DNA of 64,000 nucleotides from Candidatus Levyibacteriota bacterium (GTDB lineage: Bacteria; Patescibacteriota; Microgenomatia; Levybacterales; UBA12049). Both the position numbers and the translations under genes were made by a program. Shown in pieces: positions 22,001 to 30,395 of the stretch. The stretch lies in the NCBI GenBank assembly GCA_963790825.1, contig CAWBPM010000003.1:253681-317680 (forward strand), written 5' to 3'. The number at the start of each line of letters is the position of its first letter. Position 1 is the first letter of the stretch. The notes beneath the pieces are model-generated. The model ran no database searches and was not told the DNA's origin. It worked only from the letters and a program-made list of their open reading frames with translations.

Positions 22001-22542
22001 GACCTGGCAGCATTTTTTCCATCAAAAGTTACTTCCGAATCGGGGATAAAGATATTATCGGGAACAACATCTGTAGCGGCAGTGGCAACCGGTGCAGGAG
22101 CTACTGCGGCAGCTACGGTAAATAATAATCCACTTACTACATTTCCATTTCCGCCCGCATCACAGGGACTTACTGCAGGATTTGGGGTTAGCGCACATGC
22201 AGCTCCTACTGGAGAACCAACTGTAACTGAATAGGAGCAACTTGCAGATGCTACGCCTGCAATTGTCGTACAAGTATAACCAGCCGGCGGCGTGTAATTG
22301 ACAGCATACGTACCGGCATTAAGATTTGTTATTGTAAAACTAGCCTGTATAGCAGTGCCGGATTGAATTGGAGCAGGACCTGGAGGTAAAGTAGTAATAT
22401 TCCAGGTTCCTCCGACATTGGCTGCAGAGAAGTTTACCTGGATAGAACAATTATTCGTACAAAGAGCAGCAAATACGGAATGCGGAGAGAAATAAAGAAA
22501 AAATGCCAAGAAAAAGAAAAAAACGGACAGAAATTTTTTCAT
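16099..22542 (-). CDS. giant (2147 aa) secreted/polytopic membrane protein: signal peptide + Cys-containing ectodomain + ~6 TM helices (VirB6/TrbL-like topology) + ~1500-aa repetitive hydrophilic tail
   Basis: MKKFLSVFFFFLAFFLYFSPHSVFA signal. TM block VYAFFVLFVLITAFIIIS ... IILWFFIIVSPIFPLLLLYY ... LYLVALLMLWMVIIVPWILL. Tail has three ~350-450-aa super-repeats, each ending in ...DYE(A/T)VK..W..NY..M.IP......R.TW...........LL..........AGM.EV.N.LPFL..GGFSQ.EI.AYLKAKEQA.K, plus many ~50-90-aa GNTLAT(T/S)ILS units. Confidence 0.7.
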   Translation of the reverse strand: MKKFLSVFFFFLAFFLYFSPHSVFAALCTNNCSIQVNFSAANVGGTWNITTLPPGPAPIQSGTAIQASFTITNLNAGTYAVNYTPPAGYTCTTIAGVASASCSYSVTVGSPVGAACALTPNPAVSPCDAGGNGNVVSGLLFTVAAAVAPAPVATAATDVVPDNIFIPDSEVTFDGKNAARSGLLLDWSLQNYDWEQLNSVTSGTDPLLPFWVTIRNIVYAFFVLFVLITAFIIISTRGRSIGVRRFIPRFIAVILLVTFSYALIQFIYQITDIIQGFFLKNPDTATNIAHPEIWQGNLLYVGWDYTQFIGLRLTGDMNNESAFVSLLFVKLTALTYYVMVIILIIRRIILWFFIIVSPIFPLLLLYYPVRNTAKIWIGEFFRWALYAPLFAIFLAGLVQVWRAGVPLNFIPHDYSNYATLDQPLKPLAGNIWDPTNDIFPTAINILLGGPGQTVCYNNTATTPCNNSLNLPETFALYLVALLMLWMVIIVPWILLQIFLDYATNYNYAENSVIKNIRNRSSAFLGGAPPVPVNPAAPPGPAPSFGLGRVLPFTPKFNLPGRGAGLAKAIPASSNEAINTENNITKSSTAGLAKPLPADIVLLGLTNLSVPKMQDIARFETSILSTNKEKQQEVSTMQQSLEQIAHPEILTNTRDREHYKEIREHLVKESEKGNVLATTILNAANNTFTASNNTSARESQQLSRILGQIANPAVVSTTDRERITALKETLLKESEKGNTLATTILSAAEKTTNTSEMDKVRDQLVKESRQSNTLATTILSEMDRQSVSTDTKAFSQVLGQIANPAAVQTAKDQEVYSNLRGELVSESQKGNTLATTILSTATSTTQVQNTELSQLLTELASPEKITERTERERITTLKEKLVSESKEKNNTLATTLLSSSEKTLNNTEIQKVKEQLIKESEKGNTLATTLLSEMDRQSISKDTQVMSSVLEQLANPQSITTSTTDRQRITALKETLVRESKQGNTLATSILSATERTTSTSEMEKVRDQLVKESKQGNTLATSLLSEVDKQSASRDMQVMSQVMEHLANPASVTTSTVDRERISTLKETLVKESQQGNTLATSILSATKETTSAAGIQQLKDTLTKESKQGNGLATSVLSEINRQALTTDSKTQTSDVQKLKQRLMDARDKGDKNAAQILGLMLQQQYQTQTQAGTLTTPLPTANRVQQVNLEDYEAVKSMWTENYKNMDVPQSIETGQTDRKTWIKNDLENISRTIDLLSSTEQQKVAAGMREVSNILPFLMMGGFSQSEIVAYLKAKEQAGKVVLEELISSTNEEEDTTVEVKRETTTVPQHLTISRTADEEEAYQTPTITTASTPVLVDTKILTLTNLSLPTLRDIAKFETSMNSSSREKSTELVKLQEAMRNLQNPEALSNAQERDQYTKMRSELTKQSQTGDVLATSILTALQSATTSQNILSQPSVSSLQNVLTQIANPQEVVTSTTDRERINILKETLLKESRQGNTLATTILSATEKTTNASDIQKLKDQLMQESTKGNELATTLLSEVDKQTVSKETQVISQVLSQIVNSALSSIPAVADRQQYVRIKAKLEEESKKGNQLATSLLGVNSKTEKTDLQKVKQKLMDAQAKGDQLAGNILSLMSQSGVQTTGKQVTSSSVNLPTSNRIQQVSLEDYEAVKSMWTDNYKNMSIPQTAETGQMDRKTWVKSDLEKVTRAIDLLSSTDQQKVAAGMQEVANVLPFLLMGGFSQSEIVAYLKAKEQAGKTVLEDLEQNANEEETLIEAKEKTATTSEVGHMTTASEIESPDQEIARASIPVGTNLKALTYPQVNTKLLELTNLPLPTLRDIVRYESQPAQVSGKEEDIAKVREVLERISRPDNLTSSELRSKYGNLKQQLLEASKSFDPLATSLLTAAHTVSGRTADDEELLLSALKTVLMHITYLEEISDPLRKEKYISLKNRLQAEKENGNLLAQAILVEFPEKLGKDALLKIKNQIFSEKEKKNQLAEEVWLQVEEEKKYLLSYIAGSFPSVNKLQQINVADYETVKKLWQENYSKMDIPEAPGGVIQNRITWLVKEIENIEQIILLLTASAPEKVKAGMEAVSNILPFLLLGGFSQNEIIAYLKAKEQAAKDVLENLKKEGYETEELITIQKITKPSLEMSAEDEPETKK
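16240..20600 (-). repeat. intragenic tandem repeat region (protein-coding): three ~1.1-1.4-kb super-repeats plus ~150-280-bp sub-repeats
   Basis: DNA-level near-repeats: GGFSQ-module coding sequence at ~16245-16300, ~17330-17400, ~18705-18775; gcaagcgtatt(c/g)cc(t/c)t... units at ~18100, 19300, 19480, 19585, 19760, 20040, 20220, 20320. Confidence 0.7.
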
Positions 22543-22556
22543 AAGTTTTGCGTATA

Positions 22557-22856
22557 TTACGCACTAAATCCGGGAACATGTAAAATATCAACCAGTACAA
22601 CTTGTACGAAAACGTAACCTAAAATTGCAAATAATATGCCGATTACCGCGTATTTAATGTAGCTTTTCCCTTTATCCAAGGCTTCATGATCTCCTTGAGA
22701 ACTTAGAACAATGTATCCGCCATAAATTAAAAATAAGATTGCCAGACCGCCGATCATACTTAAGCCTATACCGTAAAATTTCTCTACCAGCTGAACCGGG
22801 TCTGTCGGTAAACAACCAAGATCGGTACTAACCGTATTAGGAGCACAAGTATCCAT
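22557..22856 (-). CDS. VirB2/TrbC-like (pilin-like) two-TM hairpin mini-protein, hypothetical
   Basis: 99 aa; ~25-aa hydrophilic N-terminus with 2 Cys, TM1 GIGLSMIGGLAILFLIYGGYIVL, short charged loop, TM2 YAVIGILFAILGYVFVQVVLV; 14 bp upstream of the giant gene. Confidence 0.45.
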   Translation of the reverse strand: MDTCAPNTVSTDLGCLPTDPVQLVEKFYGIGLSMIGGLAILFLIYGGYIVLSSQGDHEALDKGKSYIKYAVIGILFAILGYVFVQVVLVDILHVPGFSA

Positions 22857-22955
22857 ATACTAAGCCTAGCATAAAAATGAGACAAAAAACAACTCTATAA
22901 GACAGGTTAGATTTTAGCTTTATTTGAGGACTTAAAACAGAAGAATTTTATATTT

Positions 22956-24740
22956 TTAGTTAAATTTATACTTTTTGCCGTCTATATTCATAATAAAAGA
23001 TTGATTGGCAAGTATATGAGAATAAACAAAAACTATCTCCTGATTAGTCGGATCCAGTTGATAGGCTTTTTTTATTGCATCCAGAGCAGCTTGTTTGTCA
23101 TGCAGTTTAAGTTTAGTAAGTGCCAGAAGTTTCCACAGATCGGAAGAATCCGGTGAATCCGGATAATCCTTTACCGCTTCTTCCAAAAAGTCATTCGCTT
23201 TATTTGGGTCATCGTAATAAACCAAAATCGGTGCGTAATTACGATAAGTTAACAAATAATGCTTATGTTGTAAAACCAGCTGGTACTGCTTTGCATGAAG
23301 CGCCAATTCATAATACTTCTCTGCTTTTTGGAAATCTCCCATTCTCCCATATGTAGCTCCCATATTTTGCAAATTCAGCTCGTTTGGTCTTTGGGAAATA
23401 GATATAGTAAGATGTTTTAGCGCATCACTATATTTATTTATATTTAAATACTCAACTCCGAGGTCATTCTCAATATCAAAATTATCACTAATTAAAATAT
23501 CATAGTTATAAAGAGTAAAAACATCATGCCAATCATTATTTCTGATTATTGTTCTCACTGATAATGAGAGGACAATAATAATTGCAATAAAAACAATGAC
23601 TGACGCATTCATCTTTAGCTTATGAATAATTATCTGGCAAATGATCCCGAATATTCCCAGCAGTCCTACCAGCGGAAAGTAAAACCAGCGGTCTGCAACA
23701 GTCATATCGAGAGGGAAAATCTGAGCTATCATTAAAAATCCCAGGACGAGCCAGGCGGAGAAAAAAAAGAAAGGCTTGGAGAATTGTTTATGATGCTTTG
23801 CGGTATATATACCTACTAAAGTAATAAAAGCAATAAATGACAGATCTATGATGAGCGGGAGATAAAGGGTTGAAAAATGCAGAGAGGTTATTACCCATTG
23901 CTGATCAGTGGCAAGCGTTTTAGGAAAAAAGGACGTTTTGAGATAGTAAAACATGATCATTGGCATATTAAGCAAACGTTCAAACAAAGAGAGACTGGCT
24001 ATGGGAGTTACCGGTCGCGCTGATATATCCACTTGTCCAATAAAAATACGGATAAAAGCGTAGAGACTAATGGTAATAAAACTGCCAATTGAGAGTTTAC
24101 TTAGGTTATTTTTCAAAAAAAGAAAACTATAAATCAGAATCATGCAAACAAAAAGTATCCCTGTTTCTTTTGTGAGTAACGAAAGAAGTGCTAAAGAAAA
24201 AATAATTACAAGTTTTTTACCAGACAGGTTTTCGTTCATAGAAAGCAAGAGTGACAATGCTCCAAAGAGAAAGAAAAGAGGGTTGATCGTCTGTGCAATG
24301 TAAGATACCGCTTCGATGTTGATTGGATGAACCAGAAATACAATTGATAAAAAAAGGGTAATTCCCTTAGAAAAATACTTTTGAAAAAAAATAAAGATAA
24401 TAATTGTACAGATAATATGTAATACCAACTGAAGAAAATGGTAGATAAAAGGTGCATTAGCAAAAGCTGTACAGAGAATAGAGAAGTATAATTCGGGTAT
24501 TGGTCGATATTGTCCGCCGTTATTAAATAGATTATTCCCAAAAGCATAGAACAGATTTATATGATACGTATATAAATTTCTGATTATATACGTATAATCG
24601 TCCCAGACAAATCCGTTGAAAAGCATATTGAAGTAGACGATAAATCCGACGATTGCAATAATATGGATCGCTTTCTTTGTGGTTAGAGGAATAAAGAAAC
24701 GCTTTAGAGAAAACTCCTGTTGGTTGGGCGTATCCTGCAT
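22956..24740 (-). CDS. TMTC-like GT-C family glycosyltransferase (DUF1736-type polytopic N-domain) with C-terminal TPR repeats
   Basis: N-terminal FNMLFNGFVWDD motif and ~10 TM helices; C-terminal TPR-like repeats (ALKHLTISISQRPNELNLQNMGATYGRMGDFQKAEKYYELAL...). Confidence 0.6.
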   Translation of the reverse strand: MQDTPNQQEFSLKRFFIPLTTKKAIHIIAIVGFIVYFNMLFNGFVWDDYTYIIRNLYTYHINLFYAFGNNLFNNGGQYRPIPELYFSILCTAFANAPFIYHFLQLVLHIICTIIIFIFFQKYFSKGITLFLSIVFLVHPINIEAVSYIAQTINPLFFLFGALSLLLSMNENLSGKKLVIIFSLALLSLLTKETGILFVCMILIYSFLFLKNNLSKLSIGSFITISLYAFIRIFIGQVDISARPVTPIASLSLFERLLNMPMIMFYYLKTSFFPKTLATDQQWVITSLHFSTLYLPLIIDLSFIAFITLVGIYTAKHHKQFSKPFFFFSAWLVLGFLMIAQIFPLDMTVADRWFYFPLVGLLGIFGIICQIIIHKLKMNASVIVFIAIIIVLSLSVRTIIRNNDWHDVFTLYNYDILISDNFDIENDLGVEYLNINKYSDALKHLTISISQRPNELNLQNMGATYGRMGDFQKAEKYYELALHAKQYQLVLQHKHYLLTYRNYAPILVYYDDPNKANDFLEEAVKDYPDSPDSSDLWKLLALTKLKLHDKQAALDAIKKAYQLDPTNQEIVFVYSHILANQSFIMNIDGKKYKFN

Positions 24741-24809
24741 GTCATTATGCTAACATTAAAGATAAAGTTATTTCAATTACAATTTGCTTCTTAGAACCAG
24801 CCTCTTTTT

Positions 24810-26602
24810 TTAGTTAAATTTATACTTTTTGCCGTCTATATTCATAATAAAAGATTGATTGGCAAGTATATGAGAATAAACAAAAACTATCTCCTGATTA
24901 GTCGGATCCAGTTGATAGGCTTTTTTTATTGCGTCCAGGGCAGCTTGTTTGTCATGTAATTTAAGTTTAGTAAGCGCCAGAAATTCCCATAGATTCGAAG
25001 AACCTGGTGAATCCGGATAATCTTTTACCGCTTCTTCCAAAAAGTCATTTGCTTTATTTGGATTATCATAATAAACCAAAATCGGTGCGTAGTTACGATA
25101 AGTTAACATAGCATGTTTATGTGGTAAATATGCCCCATAATCATCCGCGTGAAGAGCCAGTTCATAGTATTTCTTTGCATTTTGTATATCTCCCAGCCGT
25201 GTATATACAATCCCAATATTTTGTAAATCTAGTTCATTCGATCTTTGGGAAACAGATAAAGTAAGATGCTTAAGCGCATCATTATATTTATTTATATATA
25301 AATACTCAATTCCAAGGTCATTCTCAATTTCGAAATTATCCTCTACCCTACTATCATGAGCAAAAAGCGTCATGCCGTTATACCAATTGGCGTTACGTAT
25401 TATTGTTCTGACAGAAAAAACAAGAAGAAGCACAATTATGCAGACTACAGCAATCTTAGTAAGCTTTCTGTTAGGAAAAATTGCCTCTTGTACTCCAATA
25501 CCAAGTACTCCAAGTAGTCCAACCATAGGGAAATAGAAATACCGATCGGCTACCGTCATATCCAAAGAAAAGAGTTGCGAATGCATAGTAAGTCCCGACA
25601 AAAACCAGAGGGAAAAGAAAAGAAAAATAGGGAAAGTCTTGCGATTCGATCTAAATGTGTATATTCCCAGAAGAATGAGAAGTACGAAAAAAAGCATATC
25701 GATGAGAAGCGGGATGTAAAAGGTTGATAAAGCAATATTTGTAATAACCCATTTTTGATCAATGGCCAGTTTTAAAGGAAAGAAGAAAGTTTTGAGATAA
25801 TAGAATACAACCATGGGGATATTGATCAGCCGCTGGGTAAACGTTAGGTTACTGATTGGATTATCGAATGTTACCTTTGCAAAGAAGACATGTCCTATGC
25901 CAAAACGCATCAGGAAATACAGGAGAGAGATTATTATTCCGAAAATTACGAAGGTAGACAATTTTTGTCTTTGAAACAAGACTCCATAGACTAAGATGAT
26001 AAATAGAAATAGAATACCGGTTTCTTTTGTCAGAAGACTGCATAATAATAGAAGCGGTATTAATAAGATGTATGATTTTTTATAGTGTATTTTCTACTTA
26101 ACAACAATGCTGAGATTCCGAAAAGAAAAAATAGAACGCTGTTAGCACCAATTATATATGAAACTGACTCAACTTGAATAGGATGAATAAGAAAAAGTAA
26201 GGAGAGAAACAACGCAAGATACCTGGAGAAGAACCTCTTAAATAGAAAATACACCAGTATCGTGTTTACGATATGCAGAAGGAGCTGCGTTATATGGTAG
26301 ATGAAAGAAGTGTCTTGGAATACTGAATACAATAGAGAAGTGTACAGGAAGTATATTGGGCGGTAAAACCCGGCAAAAGAACTATTAAACAAACTTGGGC
26401 CAAATATTGTTGAAAGATTAATTGAATGAACTTGCGGGTTGTTAAGAATATAAGTTATATCGTCCCAGACAAATCCGTTGAAAAGCATATTGAAGTAGAC
26501 GATAAATCCGACGATTGCAATAATATGGATCGCTTTCTTTGTGGTTAGAGGAATAAAGAAACGCTTTAGAGAAAATTCCTGTTGGTTAGACGTATCCTGC
26601 AT
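24810..26602 (-). CDS. second TMTC-like GT-C/TPR paralog, split into 26060..26602 and 24810..25979 by a 1-nt frame disruption in a T6/A6 run (26076..26081)
   Basis: N-terminal 50 aa and C-terminal ~95 aa nearly identical to the upstream paralog (DNA near-identical at 24598-24770 vs 26458-26630 and 22950-23075 vs 24812-24937). Adding one A restores ...TIKKSYILLIPLLLLCSLLTKETGILF..., colinear with copy 1. Confidence 0.55.
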
Positions 26603-26652
26603 GTCATTATGCTAGCATTAAAGATGGGGTTATTTCAATTACAATTTGCTTC

Positions 26653-27561
26653 TTAGAACCAGCCTCTTCCTTTTTTCCCTTCCTCAGAAAATTCTTCAAG
26701 CAGTTCTCTTTGTCTCCTGGTTAAATTTTTTGGTACTGTTACTTTTAGCTTAACGTACTGGTCTCCCCGTCCCGATCCCCGGACGTGAGGAACACCTTTT
26801 CCGCTTAAGCGAACGAGTGTGTTTGGCTGAGTCCCTGCGGGAATTTTAATCTTTACTTCGCCGTCGATAGTCGGAATGTTTGTTTCCCCGCCTAGCGCCG
26901 CATCAACGAAGGCAATGTCTTTTTCAACAACAATATCCGATCCCTCGCGGTGGAAAAGGGGATCCAAAGTAACCTCGACAACAATATCATATTCACCAAA
27001 ACGAATTCTTGAACCGCTATCAACTCCTGCCGGGATTTTTATTCTTTGTTTTTTGCCACTAATCGTAACTTCTTTTTCTACTCCATGTACCGCATCGGAG
27101 AAACTGAGTCTGATTTGGTAAGCTGTCCTCCTTGCAGCTCTGCCGAAAGGTGATGCGCCGCCGAAAAACTGTTCAAAAATATCGAAAGGATCCGAGAATC
27201 CGCCGAAATCAAAATCCGCACCGCCGCCATTCGTAGAATAGGTATAGGTAAACGGTCCGTATCTGCCTCCCTGCTGACCAAAACCGCCAAACGGCCCGCC
27301 CTGAGCTCCGCCGAAGGGCCCCTGACCTCCTGCGCCTTCAAATGCAGTGTGTCCCAGCTGGTCATATTGCTGCCTTTTTTGTTCACTGCCCAGCACCTCG
27401 TAGGCCTTATTAATTTCTTTAAATTTTTCCTCGGCTTCTTTGCTTTTATTCCGGTCCGGATGATACTCTAAAGCCAGCTTTCGATACGCCTTTTTGATTT
27501 CGTCAACCGATGCAGTTTTCGAAACACCTAAAATGTCATAATAATCACGTGATTGCGGCAT
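26653..27561 (-). CDS. dnaJ: DnaJ-class co-chaperone without zinc-finger domain (CbpA/type II-like)
   Basis: J domain [32 protein letters not shown] with HPD; G/F-rich region; two C-terminal beta domains; 302 aa. Confidence 0.85.
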   Translation of the reverse strand: MPQSRDYYDILGVSKTASVDEIKKAYRKLALEYHPDRNKSKEAEEKFKEINKAYEVLGSEQKRQQYDQLGHTAFEGAGGQGPFGGAQGGPFGGFGQQGGRYGPFTYTYSTNGGGADFDFGGFSDPFDIFEQFFGGASPFGRAARRTAYQIRLSFSDAVHGVEKEVTISGKKQRIKIPAGVDSGSRIRFGEYDIVVEVTLDPLFHREGSDIVVEKDIAFVDAALGGETNIPTIDGEVKIKIPAGTQPNTLVRLSGKGVPHVRGSGRGDQYVKLKVTVPKNLTRRQRELLEEFSEEGKKGRGWF

Positions 27562-27607
27562 AATTGTTTTCTATTATAGCAAAAGAAGATAGTAGGTGCT
27601 TAGGATT

Positions 27608-27916
27608 TCATTTAATTCTACCTAGAGGCACTATTAAAACCGGCTTCTTATTTTTATCTTGCTTATCTTCGTTGTGGTAGTATGCTCTATAACGGCGCCC
27701 TTCAGGATCATCTCTATATGGAATATCTTCATGCCAAAAACTACCGGTTGTTTCAATTTCTTCTCTTGCTATAAAATGGTCCCTGTTTAAAATACCCAGA
27801 TCTGCAGGAACTTTAATTACTTTTTCTCTAATTCCAATATTAAATACCGGCGTATTTTCTGTGGGGAGAGATTCTATTTTGAATTGTAATATTTGCGGAG
27901 AATCGACTTCCGTCAT
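27608..27916 (-). CDS. hypothetical protein between dnaK and dnaJ
   Basis: 102-aa ORF; start ATG (27914-27916) sits 3 nt from the corrected dnaK stop; no recognisable domain. Confidence 0.4.
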   Translation of the reverse strand: MTEVDSPQILQFKIESLPTENTPVFNIGIREKVIKVPADLGILNRDHFIAREEIETTGSFWHEDIPYRDDPEGRRYRAYYHNEDKQDKNKKPVLIVPLGRIK

Positions 27917-29874
27917 GTTTTACTCGACGACCTCTCCTTCGACCGGTTCGTCGGGCTTTTTATCGCCCTGTTTTGAGTCTGCTGAAGAATCCTGTCCTGA
28001 GCTTGCCGAAGGATCTTTTCCTTCTTCTGTACTGGCAGTACTTTCTGATTTTTGACCATCTGCTCCGTTTGCTCCGGCTTGCTGGTTTTGGTACATTGCC
28101 TGACCGACTTTCTGCAGTGAATCCGAAAGGCTTTCGTCTTTGCTTCCAGGTCTTCTTTGCTTCCGCTTTCCAGAATTGCTTTCACTGCCGATATTTTATC
28201 TTCGACTTCTTTTTTAAGATCAGCTGTTACTTTATCTTTCGCATCGCTTAGTGACCTTTCAGCCGTGAAAATAAGCGAGTCGGCTGCATTTCGAGATTCG
28301 ACTTTTCCTTTTTTCTCTTCGTCTTCTTTCGCATGCATCTCTGCTTCCTTGGTCATCTTCTCAACTTCGTCTTTGGAAAGACCGGTTGAGCCGGTTATTT
28401 TAATACTCTGTTCTTTTCCGCTGGCTTTATCTTGTGCCTTAACATTTAGAATTCCGTTGGCATCGATATCAAAAGTCACTTCAACTTGCGGAACACCACG
28501 AGGGGATGGTGGAATACCTGAGAGAATAAACCGTCCTAATGACTTATTATCTCCTGCCATCGGACGCTCTCCCTGAAGCACATTAATTTCAACCTGGGTC
28601 TGATTATCGGCTGCAGTTGAGAAAACCTGCGATTTGGAAGAAGGAATAGTAGTATTACGCGTAATGAGCGGAGTTGATACGCCGCCGAGAGTTTCGATAC
28701 CTAAGGTTAATGGTGTCACGTCCAAAAGCAAAACGTCTTTCACTTCGCCTCCAAGCACTCCGCCCTGGATCGCAGCGCCAACTGCGACGACTTCATCAGG
28801 ATTGACGGATTTATTCGGCTCTTTGCCGAAATAAGACGTAACAGTCTCAATAACTTTCGGCATTCTCGTCATACCGCCGACGAGTACTACTTCATCAATA
28901 TCAGACGGCTTAATGCCGGCATCTTTAAGCGCCAACTCAACCGGTTTGAGAGTTTTTTGCACCAGATCACCCACTAATTGTTCAAGTTTCGCCCGGGTTA
29001 GTGTCATTGTCAAATGCAGCGGTCCGTCTTTTCCCTGCGTGATAAACGGCTGATTAATTGATGCTTCCTGACTGGAAGACAGTTCGATTTTGGCTTTTTC
29101 GGCTGATTCCCGAAGACGCTGGAGTGCTTGCGAGTCTTTGCGAAGATCAATGTTGTTGTCTTTTTTAAATTCATCAGCGATATAATCGACAATTTTTTGA
29201 TCGAAATCATCGCCGCCCAGATGCGTATCACCGTTGGTTGATTTTACTTCCGTAACCCCTTCGCCAAGTTCTAAAATAGAGATATCGAATGTGCCGCCTC
29301 CCAAATCGTAAATTGCAATTGTATGTGTATTTTTCTTATCAAGTCCGTACGCGAGTGCTGCTGCCGTCGGTTCATTAATAATTCGCAAGACTTCAAGCCC
29401 GGCAATTTCTCCGGCTTGTTTCGTAGCCTGGCGTTGTGAATCGTCAAAGTATGCGGGCACCGTGATAACTGCTTGTGTTACTTTATCCCCCAAATAACTT
29501 TCCGCATCTGCTTTAATTTTTTGCAGAATTTGGGCTGAAATTTCCTGCGGCGTATAGGTCTTTCCGTCAACTTCGACCACAGCCATATCGTCACGCCCGG
29601 CTTTCACGTTATAGGGAAGCCACTTCATATCAAACTGCACTGATTGGTCGTGGAACTTTTTCCCCATTAGGCGTTTGATTGAGAAAATCGTTTCTTTCGG
29701 CTTAAGAACCATTTGCCGTTTTGCGACGTCTCCGACAACATGTGTTTTCGGATCGACGACGGACGGGATAGTATTTCTTCCCTCTGCCGAATGAATGACT
29801 TTAGGCGTTCCGCCCTCCATCACTGCAACACATGAATTTGTTGTTCCTAAATCAATACCAATTATTTTTCCCAT
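27913..29874 (-). CDS. dnaK: molecular chaperone DnaK (Hsp70); 3'-terminal ~80 codons in wrong frame due to 1-nt indel near 28123..28136; corrected stop at 27920
   Basis: [18 protein letters not shown]..., DLGGGTFD and other Hsp70 signatures. Alternative frame after ...EAKTKA gives [26 protein letters not shown]...[14 protein letters not shown], a typical DnaK C-terminus. Confidence 0.95.
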   Translation of the reverse strand: MGKIIGIDLGTTNSCVAVMEGGTPKVIHSAEGRNTIPSVVDPKTHVVGDVAKRQMVLKPKETIFSIKRLMGKKFHDQSVQFDMKWLPYNVKAGRDDMAVVEVDGKTYTPQEISAQILQKIKADAESYLGDKVTQAVITVPAYFDDSQRQATKQAGEIAGLEVLRIINEPTAAALAYGLDKKNTHTIAIYDLGGGTFDISILELGEGVTEVKSTNGDTHLGGDDFDQKIVDYIADEFKKDNNIDLRKDSQALQRLRESAEKAKIELSSSQEASINQPFITQGKDGPLHLTMTLTRAKLEQLVGDLVQKTLKPVELALKDAGIKPSDIDEVVLVGGMTRMPKVIETVTSYFGKEPNKSVNPDEVVAVGAAIQGGVLGGEVKDVLLLDVTPLTLGIETLGGVSTPLITRNTTIPSSKSQVFSTAADNQTQVEINVLQGERPMAGDNKSLGRFILSGIPPSPRGVPQVEVTFDIDANGILNVKAQDKASGKEQSIKITGSTGLSKDEVEKMTKEAEMHAKEDEEKKGKVESRNAADSLIFTAERSLSDAKDKVTADLKKEVEDKISAVKAILESGSKEDLEAKTKAFRIHCRKSVRQCTKTSKPEQTEQMVKNQKVLPVQKKEKILRQAQDRILQQTQNRAIKSPTNRSKERSSSKT

Positions 29875-29878
29875 AATT

Positions 29879-30379
29879 TTAATTTGTCTCCTGCTTTTTT
29901 CCTCCGACGATTACTTGCGCCGGACGAAGTAATTTTTCAAGCATCATATATCCAGTTCTTACTTCTTCTATTACTTTTCCCTCTTCTCCCGATGCAATTC
30001 CGATTGCTTCCATCGTCATCGGATCAAACTTCTTACCAACGGTTTCAACCTGTTTAACTCCTTCGCTTTTCAATATATCCTGAAACATGCCCGTACTTAC
30101 CGTTAGACTTTGATCCTTCGAATGCTTACTTGCTAAAATTAGTGTATCTAAAACCGGAAGAATTCGCAATAGGAGCTCTCTGTTTGACACTCTAATCCAG
30201 TCTTTTCGTTCCTCATCAACCCGTTTTACCAGATTTTGGTAATCAGCCAGAACCCGTTTTACCTGATTTTCCAAATCGCTAACTTTTTCTTCCAGTTTTG
30301 CTGTTACTTTATCGATCCGATCCGTGTCCTCTGTTTCTTCTCCAACTTCTTCCTCCGGTTTTTTTACGTCGTCTGTCAT
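29879..30379 (-). CDS. grpE: nucleotide exchange factor GrpE
   Basis: Coiled-coil N-region ([25 protein letters not shown]) and GrpE C-terminal beta-domain ([11 protein letters not shown]...[20 protein letters not shown]). Confidence 0.9.
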   Translation of the reverse strand: MTDDVKKPEEEVGEETEDTDRIDKVTAKLEEKVSDLENQVKRVLADYQNLVKRVDEERKDWIRVSNRELLLRILPVLDTLILASKHSKDQSLTVSTGMFQDILKSEGVKQVETVGKKFDPMTMEAIGIASGEEGKVIEEVRTGYMMLEKLLRPAQVIVGGKKQETN

Positions 30380-30395
30380 ATTTATTATATAATTT

